This document shows, in pieces, positions 10,025-18,776 of a DNA stretch of 64,000 nucleotides. The first letter of the stretch is position 1; the number at the start of each line of letters is the position of its first letter. The translations under genes were made by a program, and so were the position numbers. The DNA is from Acidobacteriota bacterium (GTDB lineage: Bacteria; Acidobacteriota; UBA6911; RPQK01; JAJDTT01), in the NCBI GenBank assembly GCA_965209055.1, contig OZ242374.1, positions 4,512,001 through 4,576,000 on the forward strand, in the 5' to 3' direction. The notes below the pieces were generated by a model. It made no database searches and was not told the DNA's origin. It worked only from the letters and a program-made list of their open reading frames with translations.

Positions 10025-11323
10025 TCAACTGGGCACGGCCCAGTGGCCCGGCCGGTAACGGCGGCCCAGCAGGGTATTGGCCTCCTCGTCTCCCACGATC
10101 TGCTCCCGGTCCGCGTCGAACCGGACGCTTCGATTCGTCCGGGCCACGATGTTCCCCAGATGGGGGAGAGTGGAGGAGAGGTGGCCCACCTCGATGTCCG
10201 CTACCGGGCGTCCCCCGGATCGAATGGCGTCCACGAAGTCCTTCTGGTGGACTCCCCTGGTGAGCTCGTACCGCCCTTCCTGGCGGATCAACTCGTTCTT
10301 CTTGCCGTAGATCCGGATTCCCTGCCCTCCCAGCGTCATCATCCCATCGGTTCCGTAGAAGTAGAGATTGTTTCCCTGAGCGTCGTTTCGATAGGGCGAC
10401 CAGATGCGCTGCTCGTAGACCAGCAATCGTTGCCGCGAGTCGCCGCCGCCTCCCGAATAGACGAACGTCACGGTGTAGGTGTCGGGAAACTCCTGGTCGT
10501 CGTCGAAGAAGAGCTTGGACCCGTAGCCGGTCACCAGGCTGGGATGGGTCTTGACCCCCAGTCCCCAGCGGGCGAGGTCGATGCCGTGGACCCCGTCGTT
10601 GCCGATGTCCCCGGTGCCGAAGTTGTAGAACCAATGCCAATGGTAGTGGACGTAGTTGGACTGGTAGTCCGCCCATTCGGCGGGGCCGACCCAGAGGTCG
10701 TATTCCAGGTTGGCCGGTGGCGCGGACGGCTCGACGTGCCCGATATTGCGCCGTTTCTGGCTGTTCACGTGCTTGGCCACCAGGACGTCGCCGATCACCC
10801 CTTCCCGGAGCATGCCGATGGCCCGGATCACGCCGTCGCTGGACCGGCTCTGGGTGCCATGCTGCATGACCCGCCCGTGCCGGCGCGCGGCTTCGATCAT
10901 CTGCCGTCCTTCCCGGACGTTGTGGGAGCAGGGCTTTTCGACGTAGACGTGCTTGCCCGCCTGGCAGGCCAGAATGGCGGCCGGAGCATGCCAGTGATCG
11001 CAAGTGGCGATCACCACCGCGTCCACCTCCGGGTCGTCGAGGATGTACCGGAGATCCGTGACTCCTCGGCCCGCCCCGGTCTGCTCAATGGCTTGGGCGA
11101 CGCGCTCGGAGTCCGGATCGCAGACATGGGTCACCCGGCAACCCTCCAGGCCGGCGAAATTCTCGCCCAGGCGGCGTCCCCGGCCTCCGCAGCCGATGAC
11201 TCCGACGTTGAGACGGTCGTTGGCCCCGAGAACGCTGCCCACCGCGGGAGTCAATCCCACGGCCGCCGCCGTCAGGCCCAGGCTCGATTCCTTCAAGAAA
11301 GCTCGACGATTCGTTGGGGACAT
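10025..11323 (-). CDS. Tat-exported Gfo/Idh/MocA family oxidoreductase
   Basis: NRRAFLK twin-arginine signal; VGVIGCGGRG; DHWH; HVYVEKP; GDIGNDGVHGID; RBS GGAGG. Confidence 0.92.
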   Translation of the reverse strand: MSPTNRRAFLKESSLGLTAAAVGLTPAVGSVLGANDRLNVGVIGCGGRGRRLGENFAGLEGCRVTHVCDPDSERVAQAIEQTGAGRGVTDLRYILDDPEVDAVVIATCDHWHAPAAILACQAGKHVYVEKPCSHNVREGRQMIEAARRHGRVMQHGTQSRSSDGVIRAIGMLREGVIGDVLVAKHVNSQKRRNIGHVEPSAPPANLEYDLWVGPAEWADYQSNYVHYHWHWFYNFGTGDIGNDGVHGIDLARWGLGVKTHPSLVTGYGSKLFFDDDQEFPDTYTVTFVYSGGGGDSRQRLLVYEQRIWSPYRNDAQGNNLYFYGTDGMMTLGGQGIRIYGKKNELIRQEGRYELTRGVHQKDFVDAIRSGGRPVADIEVGHLSSTLPHLGNIVARTNRSVRFDADREQIVGDEEANTLLGRRYRPGHWAVPS

Positions 11324-11454
11324 CTGCTCACCTCCTCGGACGTGCGGACCGGAAAAAAGGACTGTACCGTCGCCTCGTATGAATGCTAGATCCGAAACTG
11401 AGAGAATTCCAGTGCTCCGGTCCCGATGAGGGGACCGTTCAATGGGAGGCATCC

Positions 11455-12003
11455 ATGCGAGTCCGTGTCGATCCCGATCGAGTCAGACAGGTCTTCCACG
11501 AGTTGAGCGGCTCGTCCGCGTTCCAGGAGAGCCGGGCCCTCGCCGAGGCCGGCGGGCTTCCGGTCGAGATGCTTCAGGCCATGTCGTTGCGGCCCGAGAT
11601 CCTGAAGGCGTTCGGAGCCACCGGCGAAGGGGTTTACCCCGGCGGGGTTCTGGAGCGGGAGCTCAAGGAGAAGGTGATTCTGAAAGCCTCGCTCTACAAC
11701 GAATGCCAGTTCTGCATCAACTCCCACCGGGCCATCATGCGGATGATCGGCATCCCGGACGCGCAGATCGAGAATCTGGATGCGCCGGAGCATCTGAGCC
11801 GCAGGGAGGCGTTGGCGCTGGACTATACGACGCGAGCGATCCGGGATGCCAACGGTATCGGGAAAGACTTCTTCGATCGGCTCCGGGAGGAGTTCTCCGA
11901 TGAGGAGATTGTGGAGCTAACCTTTCTGATCGGCCTGATCCAGCTCCTGAACCTGTTCAACAACGCCCTGCAGGTCACGTACCGCGGCGATTACGACGGA
12001 TAA
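11455..12003 (+). CDS. AhpD / carboxymuconolactone decarboxylase family protein
   Basis: NECQFCINSH motif; FSDEEIVELT; RBS GGAGG. Confidence 0.88.
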   Translation: MRVRVDPDRVRQVFHELSGSSAFQESRALAEAGGLPVEMLQAMSLRPEILKAFGATGEGVYPGGVLERELKEKVILKASLYNECQFCINSHRAIMRMIGIPDAQIENLDAPEHLSRREALALDYTTRAIRDANGIGKDFFDRLREEFSDEEIVELTFLIGLIQLLNLFNNALQVTYRGDYDG

Positions 12004-12029
12004 GTCAGCTGGAGGGACTGACAATCTCC

Positions 12030-14291
12030 TCATGGATTCTTCTTGATCAGGGCCGCGATCAGCGGTTGCAGGTCTTCGTGACGATTCTCGCCGCCGCCAA
12101 ATAGAACCGTGTCTACGTTGCCGTTCTGGTCAATGATGATGTGAGTTGGATAGGTGCTCACGTTGAACTTACTTATGGTTTCGTGGGCGGCTGGGATGAT
12201 TTCGTATTTGAAAGGACTTTCTTCGAGAAACGACCGAAGCGGGGCCTCATTGTCCGTCGCAAACGCGATGAATACGACATCGCGCTTGTCGAATTCATCC
12301 ACCAACTTGTTGAGGCTGGGTATCTCCACTCGGCAGGGTGCGCACCCGATGAACCAGAAGTTCAGTACAACCACTTTCCCACGGAGGGATCTCGATTCGA
12401 AAGCTTCTCCCTCGAGCGAGGTCACACTGAAGGCAGGGGCCGGCGTTGCCTCGGTCTCGACCGACCGGGTTCTTGGCTCAGGTTGTCCGATTCCATCCTC
12501 GCCCGTTTCGTTCAGGATCCAGCTTTTTTCGGGACTGTCAGCCGAATCAATCGGCTCAAAGGCGTAAACCCTCAAAACACCGGGCCCCGAAAAGTACAAC
12601 GCGCCTCTTGAATCGTTTGCGACTAGTTCCCCATCCCACTCGATCTGTTGAAAAGCCTTTCTCCCGTTCAGATCGTACGTGTGGAGACGCGTTTTACGAC
12701 GCTGGTCAGCAGGCGCCAAAGATCGGAGGGTCGCAATCAAGAATCGGTCCCTGACGATCGCCGTCCCTGTGACGGCGGTCCAGGTTGCAAGCCACTGGTT
12801 GTGAAAGTCCGGGTCGCTCCATAACAGCGACTTGTCTACTCGGTCCGGTGGAGGGCGATAACTCGGATCCTGTTGAATCTTGAAGTCTCCGACGTAGACC
12901 CCGCGCGAGTCATATTTTCGAATCTCATAGTCCACGAAGCCAACGGCATAGACGTTGCCAAGGCTATCGGATAGCGCATTGAAGCGCGGCATGTAGTTGC
13001 CTCTGAACTCTTCGTCCGGGCTCAACCATGTGCGTCTTTCCTCGCCGAGAAAGGCAAAACCATCGTCCTTCCTGAGAATCCCGAGCCAAGGACCATCAAT
13101 CGTTCTGAGTCCGAGAAGAAGATCTCCGTTGCGCCTGAATCCCAGTTCAGAGGGGTATATATCTTCCGGTAGGTCAATTCTGTGATCGAAAGATCCGTCG
13201 GGATTGAAGACGATGATGGCTTCACCTTCCGACACATAGATCCGATTGTCCTGGGGATTCACGGCCAGCCCAAATATATGTCCTAGTTGGAGTTGATTCC
13301 GAAGCTTCTCCCCAATATGGCGGATGAAACGTCCGTCGCGCCCGAACTCGGAAACGGTGTCTCTGGAATTGAGCAGAAAAAAACTCCTGGGACCGATGGC
13401 AATGTTGTTCATGTGTACCGAGACGCCTTCCGGTGGCTGGAATCGGATCTCCTTGAGCAGCTCCAGCCGAGGCTTTCTCAGATTCTTGGCAGTCCCATTC
13501 GGGAGATACTTGGGCTCTCGATCGTTCTTTTGCAGTCTGTCTGGATGGGAATCTGAGGTGTCAGGTGCCGTGCTACTGTCTGGCTGCGGACGCCGGGTGA
13601 TCGTGTAGTTGACGAAATCCCAGTCCGAGTTCGACGTTCCCCAACTCGATCCGGCTCCAAAACCTTGCCTCGGAGCATCGCTGGTGGAGTAGTCTGACAG
13701 CGACGCATACGAGATTCTTATCTTCAACTCACCGTCGACAAGCATGTCAACTGCAACATCACTATGTTTCACAACCTTGTACGTATGAAACACCGTCGTA
13801 TCCAGAAAGACTCGAGACTCTGGAATTTCTACACCATGACGAGCCATGAACTGAACGCTTGTGGTCGAAAGACCCAGAAGAATGATCTTGGTTCCATCAA
13901 GAAATCCCGCCTGCACAGATCGACTTTGTCCTGGCGCACCAACCGAGCGGACCCGTGTACGAAACTCCATCACAGCGTCATCATTCCTTGTCAGTGGGTC
14001 GTTCCGGGAATAGAACTTGCACCGGGAACCTCCAGATTCACTTTCAGACACGTTGTCCTCAATGTTCAGAATCCCGTCGTCGACGGACTGGACCCCACAC
14101 TCAGATTCCGCAGCGAAGGGAGGATCGTTTTTTTCCGGTAGCACGTCCGCCCCATACCGAACTTCTATTCGCTCAATCACTGATCCGTCGCTGGAATCGC
14201 TCCCCACTTGCCAAAACTGGCAGGACAGGCTGGTCACAGCCCACAACGCTGCCAGACAGGACCAAACTGCCTTGCCAATGTCTTCAAACAT
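12030..14291 (-). CDS. Putative lipoprotein: N-terminal beta domain, NHL-like beta-propeller and C-terminal TlpA-like thioredoxin
   Basis: Possible lipobox SLSC; propeller-like repeats (FGRDGRFIRHIG, FNPDGSF, YDSRGVYVG); GKVVVLNFWFIGCAPCRVEIP. Confidence 0.8.
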   Translation of the reverse strand: MFEDIGKAVWSCLAALWAVTSLSCQFWQVGSDSSDGSVIERIEVRYGADVLPEKNDPPFAAESECGVQSVDDGILNIEDNVSESESGGSRCKFYSRNDPLTRNDDAVMEFRTRVRSVGAPGQSRSVQAGFLDGTKIILLGLSTTSVQFMARHGVEIPESRVFLDTTVFHTYKVVKHSDVAVDMLVDGELKIRISYASLSDYSTSDAPRQGFGAGSSWGTSNSDWDFVNYTITRRPQPDSSTAPDTSDSHPDRLQKNDREPKYLPNGTAKNLRKPRLELLKEIRFQPPEGVSVHMNNIAIGPRSFFLLNSRDTVSEFGRDGRFIRHIGEKLRNQLQLGHIFGLAVNPQDNRIYVSEGEAIIVFNPDGSFDHRIDLPEDIYPSELGFRRNGDLLLGLRTIDGPWLGILRKDDGFAFLGEERRTWLSPDEEFRGNYMPRFNALSDSLGNVYAVGFVDYEIRKYDSRGVYVGDFKIQQDPSYRPPPDRVDKSLLWSDPDFHNQWLATWTAVTGTAIVRDRFLIATLRSLAPADQRRKTRLHTYDLNGRKAFQQIEWDGELVANDSRGALYFSGPGVLRVYAFEPIDSADSPEKSWILNETGEDGIGQPEPRTRSVETEATPAPAFSVTSLEGEAFESRSLRGKVVVLNFWFIGCAPCRVEIPSLNKLVDEFDKRDVVFIAFATDNEAPLRSFLEESPFKYEIIPAAHETISKFNVSTYPTHIIIDQNGNVDTVLFGGGENRHEDLQPLIAALIKKNP

Positions 14292-14440
14292 TCTGTGACT
14301 CCTGAATTGTTTCCCACTGCATTGGGACGCTCAGCATGACGTCTACGTCATTGGTGACAACACATCGTTCCAGTGGTCGAACTCTTTCGTCCGGCCGTCG
14401 AAACAACATCGAATGCGCCGATCGCTTCGACACCGGCCTC

Positions 14441-15970
14441 TTAGAACTCCATGGGACTGGTCCCGAGCACGAATACACGTTCGACTCCCGCACGCTTGAG
14501 GAGCTTAACCGTGCCCATGATTAAAGTGCCGGAGACTTCATGATCCGGCTCGATTACCACCACGTTTCCAACATCCCTGGATTTTTGGAGAAGACGTTCC
14601 TCGTCCACCAGGGTGTGTCCATGCCAGAGGCTCCCGGAATTGTCGATACGGAGCAGGAGACCCGGCGCTTGCGCGCCCGGTCTGAGGACAAAGTTGATCG
14701 CGATGGTCGTACGTGCCGAAACCGTTTCCCCATCTACCTTGATCGGCTCCCAGCGCCAACTCTTCAATGATTCCAGAGCCGCATTCCGCAAGGCGGGGTG
14801 ACCTTGAACCACTTCTGCCTCCTGCATTGCACCGCTGCTGTCGATGACGACCCGCAAGACGACCAAACCTTCAACCCCAGCCACTTTTGCGACGAGCGGA
14901 TATTCGGGTTCGTCTCGATGGAGCAGATTTCTGGCCATGACATTTCCCGCCACAGGAATCGGAATGGGTTCCTTTACGACAGGTGCTGCCTGCGAGTGGC
15001 GAGCGACGGAAGGCCGTGCCAGCGGCAATGCCGACAGGCTCCACCATCCAGTCACGACCAGCAACCCGAAACAACACGCCAACGAAAGAGCCGTTTTCTT
15101 CTTGGATCGTCTTCTCCCATGGAGTTGGAGCAGCGACCTCACGCGATAGCGCAGTTGGTACTCCTGGAGAAACAGAGGAGCAGGAAGGGAGAACGTGTGA
15201 GTGGCCCGCTTTGCGATTTCAACCAGAGAATGGAGATACGTTTTCCGGGAGCCCAATAGGTGGACGACCCGTTCGTCCACAGCCTGCTCCCGGGTCAACT
15301 GAATCCGGCGAATCAACCAGTGAAAGGCTGGATGAAACCAGAAAAGGGACCGCACGATTTCGTCCACCGTATTCCAGAGCCAGTCCCTTCTCTTCACATG
15401 CAACAGTTCATGGCAGACCACGGCTCTCTGCATCCCCTGCTCCAATTGGCCGAACGATTCGGGGAGGATGATCACCGGCCGCAACCAGCCGAAGGCGACG
15501 GGCCCGGCAACTTCGCCCGACACGCGATATTCCGCGGAGACTCCCAGCTCTTCTTCAAGAACGTGTAGATGCGGCGGTAGAGATTGGCGCGTGGTTCTAC
15601 GCTGTAGGCGGTGGAGCCGGTAGAACCCGACTCCCAGCCAGAGGAAACGGAGCAGCATGCCGGTGACCAGTAGGCCACCCAGCCACGCGTACGGATTGGC
15701 AGAGGTGCTGCCCTGGACCGCCGGCGACGGATTGGCGGTGGCAACCAGTTCCTCGACCAATGGAACGGAAATTGGTTCCGGCACGGCAATTGGCGCCAGC
15801 GGCTGGAGCGCCAATAGCAGGCAGGCGACCATGAGCAGTCGCCAGTAGAGATGCAGGATGCCAGGTGCCCGCAAACGAAAGACCCAGGGGAGAATTCCCC
15901 CGACCAGAATCAGAATTCCTGTCTGAAGACTGTAGAACCAGAGGTTGGACATCCACAGTTCAATGGTCAT
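14441..15970 (-). CDS. BlaR1/MecR1-like M56 peptidase with TonB C-terminal domain and ExbD/TolR-like tail
   Basis: GPVAFGWLRPVIILP, CHELLHVKRRD (HExxH), FWFHPAF, REQAVD; EPEYPLVAKVAGVEGLVVL; ATGA coupling to upstream gene. Confidence 0.85.
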   Translation of the reverse strand: MTIELWMSNLWFYSLQTGILILVGGILPWVFRLRAPGILHLYWRLLMVACLLLALQPLAPIAVPEPISVPLVEELVATANPSPAVQGSTSANPYAWLGGLLVTGMLLRFLWLGVGFYRLHRLQRRTTRQSLPPHLHVLEEELGVSAEYRVSGEVAGPVAFGWLRPVIILPESFGQLEQGMQRAVVCHELLHVKRRDWLWNTVDEIVRSLFWFHPAFHWLIRRIQLTREQAVDERVVHLLGSRKTYLHSLVEIAKRATHTFSLPAPLFLQEYQLRYRVRSLLQLHGRRRSKKKTALSLACCFGLLVVTGWWSLSALPLARPSVARHSQAAPVVKEPIPIPVAGNVMARNLLHRDEPEYPLVAKVAGVEGLVVLRVVIDSSGAMQEAEVVQGHPALRNAALESLKSWRWEPIKVDGETVSARTTIAINFVLRPGAQAPGLLLRIDNSGSLWHGHTLVDEERLLQKSRDVGNVVVIEPDHEVSGTLIMGTVKLLKRAGVERVFVLGTSPMEF

Positions 15971-18252
15971 TCTTCTCTCTCTGTCATTTCCTCCAGCTCC
16001 CGAAGCTTCCGCCGGAAGTCTTTCATGTCGATTTCTGCCATCTCGTTTCTGGCACGCTTTAGTTCCTTCTGTGCCCATTCAAACCGGCGCCGGAGTTCCT
16101 TCATGTCGATCCCCGCCAACCTGCTTCTGGCACGCTCCAATTCTTTCCGAGCGCTCCCAAGCTGGCGCCGGAGTTCCGTCATGTCGATTGCTGCCATCTC
16201 GCGAATGGCACGGTCCGCTTCCTTCAGCGCACTTTCGAGCTTGGGCCGGATCTGGCTCCGGGTCTGATTTGGAATATTGGGCGATTGCGGAACGAACGCA
16301 TCGTGCGGGAAGCGGACGACGACGGTGGTTTTTACTGGAACGGGTATGCCGTTCAAGAGAAAGGGTTTATAGCGCCATTGGCTGACGGCGCTCGCCGCCG
16401 TGGAGTTCAAGCCGGGATTTCCCTCGCCTCCTCGCAGGACCTCCACATGCTGAACTTCTCCATTCTTGCCGATCACGATGGACAGCATGACCTGACCCGA
16501 TGGACGAGCTTCTTTGAGCTCTGCCGGATACTCAGGTTCAACCCGGTGGATCAGGCGGCTCTCCATGATCCGTCCTCCTACTCGAACCGGTTCCTCGACG
16601 GCTGATTCCGATTTGGGCACACGAAGCAAGACGGCGGTTCTCACTATTATGGGTTTCCCCTGGAAGACATACGGTTCATAACGCCACTGTCTCACTGCAT
16701 CCACGGCGGCAGAATTCAGGCGAGAATCGCCTTTGTCACCCCGAACGACTGTCACCTCCTGAACTTCGCCATTCTTACCAACCACGATGGACAAGATGAT
16801 CAGGCCCAGTGGGCCGTCGCTTTCCAAACCCGACGGAATCTCGGGATCGACCCGGTGGATCAGCCTGTCCGCCATGACATTGGTGCCCACATGAATAGGC
16901 TCATCGACAGTGGGTTCCGGGTGCGGCGATCCATGGGAACTAGTCGTGCCCACTGCCTCCGCGCGTGGCAAACGAAGAAAAACGGTGGTTCTCACCGGAA
17001 CGGGCTTCCCGTCCAGGAGAAACGGCTCATAGCGCCACTGTCTCACCGCATCCGGGACGGCGGAATTCGAGGGGGGATGGGCTTTATCGCCTTGCAAGAT
17101 TTCTACCCGCTGAACTTCTCCATTGCCATCGATGACGATGGACAATATGAACTGAGCCAACGGGCGGGAACTCCCCGCGTGTCCAGGAATCTCCGGATCA
17201 ACCTGGTGGACCAGCTTGTTCGCCATGACGCGACTACCGACTCGAACCGGCTCCCCGGCAGCCGGTTCCTCTTGCGGCATCCGAACTGACGGAGTGGCCG
17301 TCAAAGGCAGTGCAGCCAGAATCCACCATCCGCTTGCCATGAGCAGCGCCACGCACACGCTCCAAAAAACGGTCGATTTAGTCTTGGACATTCGTACCTC
17401 CCGCAATTGGAGCAGGTGCCGCACCCGGCGGCTGAACTGGCATTCCCTAAGAAAAAGTGGAGCGGGCATGGATGCGGCAGAAGTCTTCCACCTTGCGATC
17501 TCTACCAATGAATGAAGGTAAGTCTTCCTCGATCCCAGCAGCGCGACCGCCTGTTCGTCCACGACCTGCTCCCGGGTCAACTGAATTTGACCGATCAGCC
17601 AGTAGAAACCCGGGTGGAACCAGAACACGGTCCGCACCAACTCCTCGAATGCGTTCCAGAACCAGTCTCCCCTCTTCACGTGCAGCAGTTCATGGCAAGC
17701 GACGGCCTTCTGCATTGCCGGCTCCAGTTCGTCGAACGAATCGGGGAAGACGATGACCGGGCGGAACCAACCAAAGGTAATGGGCCCGGTGACCTCGGAC
17801 GACACACGAAACCGGGTAGAAACTCTCATCTCCCCGGTCAGCGGTTGAAGATGCGGGGGCAGGACCAGCCGTCGAGTTCTCCGCCTCAAGCGGTGGAGCC
17901 TGTAGAAGCCGGTCCCCAGCCAGATCAGGCGGAGTAGAATGCCGGCGAGGAAAAGGACCCCCAACACCGGAAATACGTCAGCAGCTTGGTCCGTCCCACT
18001 CACCGTCACCGGAGAAACAGGAAGCGTCAGTTCTTCGGCCAGAGGTACCGGTACGGGATCGGACAAGGGGTCCGGTACTCCAGGTTGGAAACCCAGAAGC
18101 AGACAGACTGCCAGCAGAACCCTCCAGAAAAGGTACAAACTGCGGGGCTCTCGAAGTCGAAGGAATCGGACCAGGAGGCCAGCCGCCAGAATCAGGATTC
18201 CGGTCTGCAGGCTGTAGAACCAGAGATTGGATAACGACAGTTCCAGGCTCAT
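15967..18252 (-). CDS. M56 peptidase with three TonB C-terminal domains and a helical repeat tail
   Basis: CHELLHVKRGD; three EPxxVG..L(V/I)HxV(D/E)PE..AVxQWRYxP units; three 26-aa helical repeats. Confidence 0.88.
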   Translation of the reverse strand: MSLELSLSNLWFYSLQTGILILAAGLLVRFLRLREPRSLYLFWRVLLAVCLLLGFQPGVPDPLSDPVPVPLAEELTLPVSPVTVSGTDQAADVFPVLGVLFLAGILLRLIWLGTGFYRLHRLRRRTRRLVLPPHLQPLTGEMRVSTRFRVSSEVTGPITFGWFRPVIVFPDSFDELEPAMQKAVACHELLHVKRGDWFWNAFEELVRTVFWFHPGFYWLIGQIQLTREQVVDEQAVALLGSRKTYLHSLVEIARWKTSAASMPAPLFLRECQFSRRVRHLLQLREVRMSKTKSTVFWSVCVALLMASGWWILAALPLTATPSVRMPQEEPAAGEPVRVGSRVMANKLVHQVDPEIPGHAGSSRPLAQFILSIVIDGNGEVQRVEILQGDKAHPPSNSAVPDAVRQWRYEPFLLDGKPVPVRTTVFLRLPRAEAVGTTSSHGSPHPEPTVDEPIHVGTNVMADRLIHRVDPEIPSGLESDGPLGLIILSIVVGKNGEVQEVTVVRGDKGDSRLNSAAVDAVRQWRYEPYVFQGKPIIVRTAVLLRVPKSESAVEEPVRVGGRIMESRLIHRVEPEYPAELKEARPSGQVMLSIVIGKNGEVQHVEVLRGGEGNPGLNSTAASAVSQWRYKPFLLNGIPVPVKTTVVVRFPHDAFVPQSPNIPNQTRSQIRPKLESALKEADRAIREMAAIDMTELRRQLGSARKELERARSRLAGIDMKELRRRFEWAQKELKRARNEMAEIDMKDFRRKLRELEEMTEREE

Positions 18253-18620
18253 TACCCCTCCTCGATCATTTCTTCCAGTTCTCGAAGCTTCTCCTTGGAG
18301 ATGTCGTGCCGCTCGACCAGGTGCAGCATGAGCGCCTCGCTGGACCCTCCGAATACCCGCTCCACCAGATCCGCCACCACCTCACGAATCACTTCTTCCC
18401 GGGGACGGGTGGGTTGATAGATGTGTGCCCGGCCCTCTCTCCACTTCCGGAGAAACCCTTTCCGATCCAGGCTCTGCATGGTGCCCATGACGGACGTATA
18501 GGCGATTCGGCGCCGCAGCCGCAGCTCCTCGTAGACATCGCGGACGGTGACCTCTGCCTTGTCCAGACGCCAGACCAGCTTCATGATTTCCAGTTCCTGC
18601 CGACTTAAGGATTTGGACAT
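18252..18620 (-). CDS. blaI: BlaI/MecI/CopY family transcriptional repressor
   Basis: LSRQELEIMKLVW..TVRDVYE..IAYTSVMGTMQSLDRKGFL..RAHIY..VFGGS; directly upstream of the M56 genes. Confidence 0.92.
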   Translation of the reverse strand: MSKSLSRQELEIMKLVWRLDKAEVTVRDVYEELRLRRRIAYTSVMGTMQSLDRKGFLRKWREGRAHIYQPTRPREEVIREVVADLVERVFGGSSEALMLHLVERHDISKEKLRELEEMIEEG

Positions 18621-18655
18621 ACGTATATCCTAGTACGTTATATACCTTATTTCAA
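18621..18655 (-). promoter_or_regulatory. Sigma70-type promoter for a probably leaderless blaI mRNA, with overlapping palindromic operator
   Basis: Minus strand TTGAAA (18655-18650), 17 bp, TAGGAT (18632-18627), 6 bp, ATG; palindrome ACGTA-N8-TACGT at 18621-18638. Confidence 0.6.
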
Positions 18656-18776
18656 CCGGAAATCCCACTTTTCGAAATCACTTCGAAAATTCAGCACGCA
18701 GTCTGTGCTTGGAATGACGTTCGCGGATACGCTCGCCGGGTCCCCCTGCTTCGGTGAGCCGGCAACGAAATGGCGG

